Of a stretch of 64,000 bases of DNA, positions 10,300 through 21,800 are shown piece after piece. How positions within the stretch are numbered: the stretch's first letter is position 1; the number at the start of each line of letters is the position of its first letter. This stretch comes from Eutreptiella sp. 'Long Island Sound 2002' (lineage: Eukaryota; Protista; Euglenida). Both the position numbers and the translations under genes were made by a program. The notes under the pieces were generated by a model. It searched no databases. It was not told the origin of the DNA and saw only the letters and a list, made by a program, of their open reading frames with translations. Location of the stretch: NCBI GenBank assembly GCA_964036045.1, contig OZ038378.1, forward strand, positions 3,968,001-4,032,000, written 5' to 3'.

Positions 10300-12600
10300 C
10301 TTCAAGTGGTGCCATGGAGTGCTGTTCTTCCATGATGGGTACAGCAGCCCAGAATGCACTCTCAGCCACCATTCGACGAATGCGTTCTATGGCTCAGTTC
10401 AATGGTGATATTGAGGATAGTTTGGCTGGGCACCACTGGACACAAGCAAGTGTTGTACTGTGACTACGCATGGGAACACTTCCACAAACCCTGGCTCTGA
10501 CAGCGTACATGACATTGTGACACAGGAGCTGCCATTGCATGCCCTGACTAAAGCTGCAAATTTTTGCTTTTCAGAGATTTTCGAAAAAGACATGCAACCC
10601 CCATCCTGTAGTACAGTACCACAATTACTTGTCCAGTGATCGGTTTTTTGGCCACTTTTTTCCCCTTGCATTTTCCCGCGATTTTCCAGCCTTTTTTTTG
10701 GCAATTTTTGAATTTCCATTTCACCATTTCTCCCCATGACCCCAGTTGTTAACGCTTACCCACCTGTCCAGGTCGTCAGCTGTCTGCCCTTTTGACGTAT
10801 TTGGGGCATGGCCCCCTTTGATTGTAACCTCGATCCTCATGCATGTATGGAGAATGCTGTCGCCCCTTTTAGGTTCATTGTTGTGGTGCTGGCTGGGGGG
10901 TCCGCTCAATTGACCTTTGGGTTCAATGACCGTTACGTCAGTGGGCAAAGTGGGCCCTACCCTGCCCTAAACATTCATTCAGAGATCATCCAGCCCCCGG
11001 GCAAAACATTGTATCTGACACTGGATGTTCTGGACGATCTTGATACCGCCTTTGCGGTGCCATCCCCCCTTCAACAACGGAGTTACCCAAACAGTGTCTC
11101 TTGCTGCATGTTTCCAATACAGGATCGATGCTGGCTGCGTGGCATGCATCACGCGCACTGCATGTGAATTGTATTTTGCTGTATACTGGCATTCGCCGGT
11201 CTGCCCCTCTCTCCCTCATGGTCTGTGTCTGCATGTCCGTCGCGCTGTTCGCCAAAGTCTTAGGATGTGTTCAATTGCGGTGTCATGGACGTCATGCGAT
11301 TCGATGCCACAGCGTGGATCTGGGATAAACGATAATAACATATGCCATGTGTGCCCATTGGTAGTGCACTTGAAGGTGAGGGGTTGTGTTGCACTGTCTG
11401 ATGCGGGCGGAGTTGCGAACAGGTGTTTACGAGTTGTATGGCATGAAGCATGAGTTTGTATTTGTGTACACGAGGAACCGTTTCTCAGCTTGCCTCAAAG
11501 GGGGGTTTTTCTAATGATTTCTGGATTGCAGTTCTCTGTTGGGTGGGCGTTGCAAAGGGATTTGCAAAGAGCATTGATTGCATGAGCGACGCTGGACAGT
11601 CCCTGTGCAAAGAACACCTTGAGGCAAGGCCTGTGTGATGCTCTTCAGTCTGGCACAACAGATATCATTGCTTGCGCCCCATTGTGCACCGCAAGTGGAG
11701 TACGGTCGAGGTACAAATCCTGCATACGATTGCATAGTGCCTGGGAACCGTGACCCAGATGCTGATTTTGGGGTGATTTGGAGTAGAAGAGATGTGATAA
11801 ATACAGTAGGCCACTGTGTGTTCCAAGTCTCGCAAACGCTCGCCCTTTGACATGGGCGATCAGGGCTTGATAGGATGCCAGGTGCCACTCATGGCATGTG
11901 AACGTGCGGCCCAACACATGGCGCTGCTGTTGAGAAGGGGTTCGTTTATGTTCTCCCGGTGATCTTTTTCTGGCGATGGACGACGTTACTCAGCCAATGG
12001 CAGTTGACAGTCTGTTGGTGGTTTACCGACGGTGGTCAGCGGTTGCTGCGGGTTTCCCCCGTTATTATTAACCGACGCTCTGTTGACGTCTCCATTACGC
12101 CCAGCACCAAGCACCACCCTCTTTGAGGACGTGGAGTTGCATTCCTGAGCAAAGACAGCAAAGGATAACCGGAAGAAGGCCAAGGAACAGCAAGTGCGGC
12201 TTGATTTGATGGGAGAAACGAGCACCTGTTGTCGCGTATTGTCACCTGATGAAAGCCCCCCGCAGTAGAGCGGACGGTGCAAGGCATCCGAAAGAGTCAG
12301 CCCAATGACATGCAAGTGCACATCCACAGGCTCCCTCTCAGGCCTGTATTCCATGGCCCATTTCCCGCTCAAAATTGACCCTCCCTCGAACTGTGACCCG
12401 ATGCTCACCCTTGCCAAAGGTTCACATGCTGTCATCCCTTGTGGTGTGCACAGAAAGTTTCTTGGCAAATAGGGGCTTGAACCTTTTCTTTTGGATGAAG
12501 TGCGTACGGCAAGGCTTGACCCCCCAGATTCACTGAAGGTGGTGCAGGTGCTGTGTTTCATACAAAGTGATAACCACGCCCTGGCATCTACATGTTGCCT
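10300..12600 (-). pseudogene. possible highly decayed LTR-retrotransposon pol (PR-RT-IN order)
   Basis: Weak motif resemblances only: VDARA (two substitutions from VDTGA) at ~12577-12591, ALPMG at ~11354-11367, and AIERIRRMVAE at ~10360-10400. Many stops and frameshifts; no LTRs seen. Confidence 0.3.
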
Positions 12601-14929
12601 GCATGTGCAGTCTTTCCTTAGGACTTAAGGAATGCTTCTCATCGATTGCACACGTCAGGTCCTGTCTTTGGGTTGCGCCATATCACTAGCAAGGTGCAGC
12701 ATCGTGCGCGTCTCAGTTAGGTCTCTTGATGCACTCCCTATTGCCCCAACATGACCCTGACGCAGGCACCGATTTGTAGCCACTCCCTAACCCGCAACAA
12801 CAGCTTTGGCATGTGGGCTCGTCGCTCCAATCTGTCAGTGAAATATTCCATGGAGAAGGTCAGGGAAAGAGGCGAAGCACGGTTTTAAGCTTGTAGTTCA
12901 TTCAAGGCATCCACGTTTCTGACTGATTGGTTTGTGCTGGGTCATGCTCTGCTGATGGGTTCATCACCAAAAGAGCCGAAGGTGGATGCCGTCATCCTTG
13001 ATTCAAACCTGCTGCTTCTCGTGCACGTGCTGCCTGTGCTGGTGCTTGTGGTGTTATGGGGGTGATTTTGGGGAGGGTTGCCGGGCTTTGATTGTGCCAT
13101 CCCCTAAAATAAAATGGACTGGGCGACTACCTGTGATGATGATCTGTACCTCTGTTTCCGAATTCTGAATGGCAGCGATATATTTACAGTTGTGCAATGC
13201 GAAAACATTAGAAAAATTTGACGGCTCCGTGTTGTGGTAGCCAGATCAGTTGGCAAAGACCTGTAGCAGCAATTTGTGGTGCAGGCTGCTCCCTCCTGCA
13301 CCATGCAGCCGCTCCTCCTGCATCACAGTCCAGTACATCAGGACTCCTTAGGCCCCCCCCCCCATTTCTACTCCATTCCACTCCTCCCAGTTGTCCTCTG
13401 ACTCGCCAAAGATTGTGCCCAAAATCTAGACGCATCAAAGTTTTGGTCAAGCAAAGACCGCCCGAAGACTGGCATATTTGTCACCCATCAACAACCATCC
13501 AGCAGCTAGCAACCGAGATTCTGGTGTGACATTTCCATTTTCAGTGATTGTTCGGCAACATCTCACTGTGTGGTCAGTCAAATATGTGTGTTACCTGTTG
13601 ACCCTTGCCACAAGCACAGGGCATCAAGGGCACGAACAATACTCTTCGGGGTCGGCGAGGGTCCCTGCTAGTGTCTGCAGACCCAAAAGCTATTCTTTTT
13701 TCTCTTGATACATGTTGCTTTGCATTTTTTTGAACCAGGAAGCCTCCTTCCCTTTTGGGGTTTGGGTTTGATGTGTGCAGTTTTCAAGCTGATTGAGAAT
13801 AGTAGAGTAGTGATAAGATACGAACCCTGAATTATAAAACCAAAAAACTCCCCAACATTGATTGTTCAGCGAATCCAAAACAGACAGGGCCATACACGTG
13901 GTATTAAGTTTGTGTTTATTGCATACTCCCAGTTCTAGTTGCCTGAATCTCTAGCAACTATACGCTGTTTGGCCCACTTTTTTTCGTCATGTGGTGTGAG
14001 TGCCCGGGAGGTTCATGACTGACTGTGTACCACTGTACTTGGTCCGATACCTGCAGGAGCTATATTCTAGTCAAACTGCTTGGGCACACCAATCAGCATT
14101 GTTGTTTGCAGTGTTTCGCTGAGACAATGTCATTGGTAAGCGTGAAGTGTTTACCTCCAGAAGGGAGCCCACCCCCCTCGCCTCCCCAGCCTAGGGGCCA
14201 TCGAGGGGCCAGGAGTGCATCCAGAAGGCATTGCCAACCGAAATGCAAAGCGTCGGGGACGCCACCATCTCCCCTCCTAGGGAGCGTGTGAGCATAAGCC
14301 CGGCCCCCAAATCCAAATCCAACCCCAGCCCAACCTCACTCACCCAAGACTGGCCCGTCTGGTAGTGCGCCCTTGAGGCCACGGCAAATGAAGAGGCTGG
14401 AGCACCGCGACTTGGGAGCCACCCCTCATATGTCCCCAGAGCAAGGGAGCGATCTGTGTGTCCTGGGACCCCTCTAGTACCTAAAGTGCACCCAGACCGT
14501 GGGAGTCCAACACCAAGCTAGGATAGGCCCAGATTACGATCGTAATTTTTCGTAATTTTCGTAATTTTCGTAATTTTCGTAATTTTCGGCGATTTTTTTA
14601 TCGTTTTTGGCGCTGTGTTGTACGGTACATCTCTCCCCTCCACCTCATCGTCACTGTGCCCCCTCCCCCTTTCCCCTTCCTTGTCCCCTTTGCCCCTTCC
14701 CCATTGCCTTCCCTGCCCACAACCCCTTTGTTGCGTGTGCATGTGTGGCTGTGATGTTTATGTGGCAGGCAATTTTTTTTCCTTTTCGCTCTGTCTCCAT
14801 GGGCAAAAAGAAGGGAACGCTATCCTTTGCCGAAAAAAAAGGACACTGGCCTCTGGACCCCCCCTGCTGCTGATTTCTGGCCTCTGGACCCCCCCCATGT
14901 TGCTGATTTTTGCCATGTGGACCCCCCTG

Positions 14930-15297
14930 TTTGTGCCCGAACTTTGCAAGTATTTGATCCCAAGCAATTGCCACTCTGGGATACAACGTGGGAGAAAAAT
15001 AAGGAGATCTTTGGTTTCTCCGACACAATGCGGGTTGACTGGGAACTCTACGTCAACATGGACAGCCAGAAGGCCAAGCAAGTTGAGGATCCAATGCAGT
15101 TTTGGTCAGCCCTGTCAGGTCCACTGACGGAACTGGTGGTGGCACTGCTTGGGATGCGAGTGAACAGCGCGGATGTGGAGCGCTCATTCAGCCTTGCTGG
15201 TTTGCTGGATGACCCGAATCGGGGCAACACGCGCCCTGATTTGCGTCGCTGTGCCGTGGCACTCTTCGTGAACAGTGACATTGAAGGACGTTTCTAG
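14930..15297 (+). pseudogene. hAT transposase C-terminal dimerisation-domain fragment
   Basis: QVFDP...QFWSAL..LTELVVALLGMRVNSADVERSFS...R matches the hAT dimerisation consensus (W...L...SA.VERSFS). The DDE core is absent. Confidence 0.85.
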
Positions 15298-15312
15298 TGG
15301 CTCGACTTCCAC

Positions 15313-15405
15313 GTCTTCCCTCGTCCTCCACCTCTTCCCTCGTCCTCCACCTCTTCCCTCGTCCTCCACCTCTTCCCTCGTCTTCCACCTCTTCCCTCGT
15401 CTTCC
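15313..15405. repeat. 21-bp tandem repeat (CTTCCCTCGTCCTCCACCT..) x~4
   Basis: Direct reading; lies inside the hAT element. Confidence 0.9.
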
Positions 15406-17880
15406 CAAACCCTTCAGTGCCGGGGTCCCTCTTCTTCCTCTACAAGGCCTCCCCTACATGCAAACATCCTCTTCCCCGGATCGTGTTCTTGGATCCAAAC
15501 CATGCGTAGGGGGAGGAAGCGGCCGTGGGCGGCCATTTTTCGATGCCGCGGACCAGGAGTGGAGGGTCCCCTTTTTTTTGGTCCACATGCTCACTTCTCT
15601 AAGCCACCGTGTCCCTACATACACAACAATCATTGAGATATGCACGTCCCTTGCCCCTATTGCCAATTTTTAGGCTTGAAAACAAGTGAAAACATGGGAC
15701 GGTAGGGTAGTGAATGCTCCCGAAGCATCGTAACGAAATCGTAAAAAAACGCCGTAAAATCGTAAAAAAAATGCCGTAAAATCGTAATAAAAAAAATCGT
15801 AATCTGGGCCTGTCCTAGCACCAAGCCTTCAAGATAGCGCCACCTGTGCCACCCTGCAGTCAAGGAGCACCGCCGCCCCTCCCTATTCGTGCACCACCAC
15901 TGCACCCGTGCGAATTGCAGCCATGGGGTGGCCTCAGCATGTCCCTATGACCTGGAGGCTTCGATGTCCTAGCCCACATCTTTTTATCAAGCTCAGCATC
16001 AAGCTTCCAAGCCTCCCCACCAGGCTTTGGAGCACTGGGCCACACTAAGCCCCCTACATGCGTTCACCCTGCCTCCCCTATACTGCCCCCACCTCCACAT
16101 GGCCTGTGCCGGACCACAAGGGCCACTCCACGGATGCTCACCCAGCAAGTGCCCCCAAAGCCTGGCGAGGCTTTGACACACGTCACGCTTGGAGGCCCAA
16201 CGTGAGCACCGACACCATAGACACCAGGGTACCCTACACAGGTGGTCCAACCTGCCACCAATCGATGGTTTGCTCGGCCTTGGAACTGGACAGTCAAGTT
16301 GTTCACCCTCAATCTGATCTGGCAGGTAAGGTGGAAGGCCGCTGGAACACTTTTTGCTTTGTTTCAAAAGTTAAAACGAAGTTGCAAGAACCTTGATACC
16401 TGTTTGCACAGAACAACAACAGGAGCACAACATAGATGTTGAGTGAATGGTTGAGATGCCCAAGTCCCTCAACAAATGCAAAATCAAGGTAATGTACACC
16501 ATGGCAGAAAAAACATGCATGCAACCCTCTAGGGTAGGCCCAAACCCTATCGACAAAATCTGTTTCATCTTTCCTCGCCAGAACCATGGTGTTCCATCAA
16601 CGTTTTACCAATTTTGCCGGAAGGCTAGGGCCTTTTCGGAATCACCCAACGGTTCCCAAACTGTGGAAAGGAAGCCCTCTTCTGGGCACTCAGACCAGAG
16701 GCACAATCGATAGTTCCAACCCGCCCGTTGCACCCCTCCCCCATCTCTGCCATACCCACGATGTCATTTCTGCACTCAAACCATCTACAACATTGCCGTC
16801 ACATTGGACTCGTGGGGTGTCTGGGGCGGCGCCCCTGGCCAGAGGTCCTTGGGATGGAGGGGGTGCTGCATGGCATACCTCAGGTACTCGGCCCGCTTCT
16901 GTTTCTTCAGTACGTTGCGTGCTGCTGTTTGGCAGAACCTGCTGACCCAGAAGAAGGGAGGGTTCTGGTTGCCCCAGTTTCGGACAGCCGCACTTCATCT
17001 GCACCCAGGGCCAGCCTGAATTACTGTGCTGGGTCGCCAGAAGCCTCCTTTTGTTCGCCAAGGGTTGCAGGCTCCCAAACATCTCTCAATGAGACGCAGC
17101 CTCCCTTCTGCACCCCTTCTCCCATCCTGGGGGCCCATCTGGTGAGGTTCGGCAACTCAGGGAGGTTAGGCCAATGTAGCAAACCTGCACTTCCGGTTTT
17201 TACAGCCCCTGGCCCAACAAACTTCATTCAGGCACTGAGTGATATTGCCCTCGGACAATTTTGGATCAGAGTGTTGCAATTAGGATCCAAGGAATCTGGA
17301 GTCTGGAGTTCCTCGGTGCCCCACTGTAAAGCTCCAAGAAGCAAAGAGGGGTGCATGGCATTGTGCGATAGATGTTTGGGCCAGAATCTCGGTGGGGCAG
17401 GTGTCTGCCAGGTTGTTCATGACCCAGTCCATGGAATAAACCCCCGATTTCTTTCCCTCGGCTCTCTGTCCCTGCTGCAGCTTCCCCACAACCTGCAGAC
17501 CTCCTTCCCATCTGTGCCCATTGCCGCCTGACATCTGCAGTAGTGTTATAGCCATGGATCACACGACCCCACTGGCCGGGCCACGCAACACGTACTCAAC
17601 AACAGAGTGCTCCAACAATGCAGGTGCTGCCCGCCTTCCCTGTGTACCACAGCAGGTGCTGTGCACTGCAACATTGCGGCTGTTTTGGTTGCCAATGAAT
17701 TTGCTGGTGCCATGCAGCTCACTACAACAATTTGACACCTATTCCAACAACCAATCGCCTCCCCTGTCTCTACTGCTCATACACCCCTTCACGCTACTCG
17801 ACGCCATGTGTCTTGAGTGCTTGAACGATTGTTCTGCGGCCCTGAAGCAGTGCCTAGTTGCACATTCATTGGACTGCCTT

Positions 17881-17955
17881 TGCCTTTGTGCCTTTGCCCT
17901 TCCTTATGAGTGCCTTTGCCCTTCCTTATGAGTGCTGTTGCCCTTCCTTATGAGT
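17881..17955. repeat. ~21-bp tandem repeat GCCTTTGCCCTTCCTTATGAGT x~3
   Basis: Direct reading. Confidence 0.85.
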
Positions 17956-18744
17956 GCTGTTGCTCTTGCCCGTGCTCCTGCCCTGTGGTTGTTGTGCTCA
18001 GGTGGCGGCCATTGCTGTAGTATCGTGGCTCCTGAGCATAGAAATGCGACTGGGTGGGTGTTTCATTGAGTCCCTGAGAATGAGGGGGGCGGATACCAAC
18101 AGGATTCAAAGGGCGCAAGCCTTTTTGGCCAAGCCATGTTCCATCCCCCCTAGCCCCTCCCCATAACTTCCTCAGTGGTTGGATTGGAGGGTGGTAGGCC
18201 CTGAATCCCCGACCCCAAAGGGGGGAGGACTCTTCCTTTTTTTGTTAAGGACCGCCCTTAAGGACCGGATTGGTGCCCATGCTAGGGTTAGGGGTAGGAT
18301 CATCTACAGTAACCATCTAGGTTTTATTACCCTCTTGTGTCTAGGGTCTTGGGTGGACCTGCCAGGTTTGGCAGCAGCAAGCAGCAAGCAGCAGCAGGAA
18401 GCACGTGCGAAATGGGCAAACCCAGAACTCTGTCGTGGTGGTTGGGAGTCAGCCGAAATTTTGGTGGATGATACCTATGGGTATGAAGGACCATCAAACA
18501 AAGTTCGATCAAGAACCTCAACGGTGGCAGCTGGGAACGGGCGTCGCAAGGGGCGGACCGAGGCCTCAAAAACGGTCAAGAATAGCCAAAAAAAATGCCC
18601 TTTGTTGGGCAGTTTAGGTGCCAAGGATCTCCTTGGAGGGGGCCATTTTCATTGGAACCACCCTAGATGATGAATAAAGAATGGGGGCTATGGATTTTAG
18701 GCTCTATCCGGTGGTTGTCTACAGTCGTTTTCCTGTGTCCAGGA

Positions 18745-18847
18745 ATGTGCCACCAGAGGGGCACATTGGCCGTTTACTATGCTCTCACAGGCAACAATGT
18801 AAGCGCCGTCCGGGGTTTGGCGACTGCAGCGCTGGTGGTTGTGGCAG
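18745..18847 (+). CDS. PreP: PreP exon 1 (signal peptide, [34 protein letters not shown])
   Basis: ATG two nt after a pyrimidine-rich TCCAG (possible SL trans-splice acceptor); phase-1 GT donor; hydrophobic stretch. An upstream in-frame ATG at 18667 is an alternative start. Confidence 0.65.
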
Positions 18848-21800
18848 GTGTGCGATCTGCAGGCGTGGGTTTGGCTGCCCTACAACGTATTCAGGGGAGG
18901 TATGCAATTAACGGCTTTCGTGTGCATGCATTTCTCAGGCCTCCAAACATGCCAAGCCCCTGGCATGCCTTGGCGAGTGGTTGTGCTCTGGCAGTGGCGG
19001 CCTCCAGGCTGTGTTTTTCTATTCGGACAGTGAGAGGGAAAACATACAAATTGTTTTTTGGCGAGAACGGGGTGGAAAATGCAGCAAAATGCGGACAAAC
19101 CTGGCAAAACATGGAACAACATGGAAAACCGTGGAAAACCGTGGAAAAATTTGGGGAAAGATGCATTTCTGGACTAGATTTGTGTGTTCGAGGGCAAGCA
19201 TGGCACCCAGCAAGCAAATGGGATAGTTGTGGTTCTTGGTGGTGCACTTGTTGCTTTGTTTCACACATTTGTCTCAATCTTGTACCCTGTGTTCGGTCTG
19301 CACCATTCTTGTTCATGTCTATGCAGGCCGCTATGTCTAATGACAATTTCACTGTTCGCAAAGCTGTTTGCTATGTGAAGTTCAGTTTATTGTTGACTTT
19401 TCCCAGATCACCTCTGCTTCCCTCCCCAAGACTATCTCTAAGAAAGGCAAGTGGGCTGTGGTGCTTGGATGTTTGGGTGTTTCCCCCCTGTCCCCGTGTT
19501 CTGCCTCTGTTCTCCCCCGTTTTTCCAGCGTTTTCCCATTTCTTCTGCATTTTTCCTTGCGTTTTCCTCGTTTTCCCATTACAACACAACACTGGCGTTT
19601 TTCCACAGCTTTGGCGGGAGGTTGCCTTGGCATTGGCAAACGTGGAGGCCTGCTTTCTCTGCACCCCCCCCCCCCCCCTTGTGCAAGTGGCTGTAGTCCA
19701 TCACGGCTGATTCTCTGGGCCTTGGCCCTCTCGCAGGGCTACAGGAGCCTGTGGCTACAGAAGGGTGGCCGCGACTCAGGGAGGCCACGTGCTCCAAAAA
19801 AATTTGTGGAACTGCAGAGCGCCGATGTGTAACACTTGGTGACCCCCCCCCCCCCCCTGTGGCCCTGTGGCACAATTTTCAATATCAGATGTAGTGGAGA
19901 GCTCCCTCCGAGAGTCGCAGTCTGGGAATGGCTGACGTGAAACCTCTGCCGGCGTCGGCAGAGCAGTGGACACCACAGGGGCAGTGATGCTGCAATGGTG
20001 AGCATTGGAGCCAACAACTCCACTCTGACCCACCACACTGCTTTTTTCTGACCCACCACCAATAAAAACCAGGTGATACCAAAGACAAAAAATGGGACTC
20101 CGGTGGTGTTTCGCAGTCGGCTTTTATGGAGATCGTGACATGACGCTCCGATCCTCGTTCTGCTCTCAGTGTCTGCAGCATCCGTGGCCCTACACACCAC
20201 TGGGCGATCTACAACTCAGCTGCGCTCTGCCATGAAGCCAGTGATTGCTGCCAGGTGACCTCTACGTGCTTCAGTCTTTTGTAGCCATAGTGCCCCTCGT
20301 TGCTGTGCCTTTGGCCCTGCCGCCCCTCAGCTGAGGCTCGTGATGTCAGTGCCATGCTCTGGGCCCATTCCTTCCTCCCTCACCCCCTGCCCCATCTGAA
20401 ACAGCTCCCTCCTCACGTCAACGGAACCCCCCGCCAAAAAAAAAAACCCAAGAACTCGGCTGGAATTCGTCAGATCCCGTGCTGGAACAAGCTCCCCTTG
20501 CCTCTCTGAATAAGAGTCTTGGTTGGGCGGGAGGTGTCATCCTGTACGGCATCGAGGCAGGCAGAGTACGCAAGTCCTCCAGACTTCAGCGTATCGGCGC
20601 AACTGGGGGCAGAAAAGGCATTCTGCTTTCCCCAGCGCATCAGCTGCCGCTTCAGGGGCCCCAAGTCCCAGTGAACTTGTGGGAGACCAACAAGTCACAC
20701 CCACAGGTAAAGGTGCAGTCTCTGAAGCTGAGCCGTCATGGGGCGCAATGACCAAAACTGGGACTGCGGTTCCGTGAGTTGGTGCGTGTATCGAGGGTGT
20801 GTGGCACTCCCGTTATGAGCCCTTCTGGCATTGTGCCATTATCTCGCAGAAGCCAGCTCACCAACCAGATGCCCACAATCCGGGCTGCAACACCGCATTA
20901 CGTTGCAAATGCAGCTGCAGGTACCATCTTTTGCTTCGGCATGTGCTGACGTCCACAGGGTTCTTGATTCTGGCTGCCAACCCCGGGGCTGAGTGGTGCA
21001 GGAACTTCAGAGAGGCGGAAGGTCATGAAGATTGCAAACAGCGAACGAACAGGGGCCGGGGGGTCAACACAGCTCCATCCAACCGACTTGCACCCCAAGT
21101 GGCAAAGCAAGGAAATATTTACGAAATTTGAAATCACGAATCAGCAAAGCTCTAGGTCCCAAATATCTACAACTGCAGCTAATAGCACGCAAAGCACTTG
21201 AATTCCCCATGTTACACCGAGTTTACAAAAAAAATTACAGAATCTTACGCCATTTTCCGCGCGATGTACTGCAACATGGGCTGGAGGTTTTCAGACACGA
21301 CAACGTGCTCTATCCAATTGAATCAGTTGCATCGCTGGAGCATTGTCAAGAGCCACTAGGTTTGCAGTGTAGACAAAGTGCCATGTTGTAGGATATCAGC
21401 AGTGCCAGGCTAGGCCAGGCCTGCGGTCTGCAGTCTGCGCAAGTGGTGCATGTGGCCCATGTGTTGTTCTCCTCTGTGAAACTCCTTTCCATGCAGGTCC
21501 ATCAGCAGATTCTGTGCGCCCACAGGTGTGTGTCATGTTGGTTTGCTGTGCTCTTGGTGGTTCCTGCTTCTGTGCACACATTTGCATGGAGCCGTTTGTT
21601 GGATGCCGCCCAAATGTGGACCATTTCTGCTTTGGAGGTGCAAACTCATCGGGCGCCACCGTCCGCAAAAAAAAAAAAATCCTAATCGGAGCTTTGCACA
21701 CGTACAGGTACCCGTTCCCCCTCGTATAGCCCCACCGTCCTCCCATATCCATCTCCATGTCCGTCAGGCTGATGCACAATCCTACGTGATGGCGGCTCAG

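Larger units (their letters stand above)
14511..15826 (+). mobile_element. hAT DNA transposon, internally deleted non-autonomous copy (~1.3 kb)
   Basis: TIRs TAGGATAGGCCCAGATTACGAT / ATCGTAATCTGGGCCTGTCCTA. CACCAAGC direct repeat on both flanks (14511-14518, 15819-15826). Subterminal CGTAA repeats. Retains the transposase C-terminus. Confidence 0.9.
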
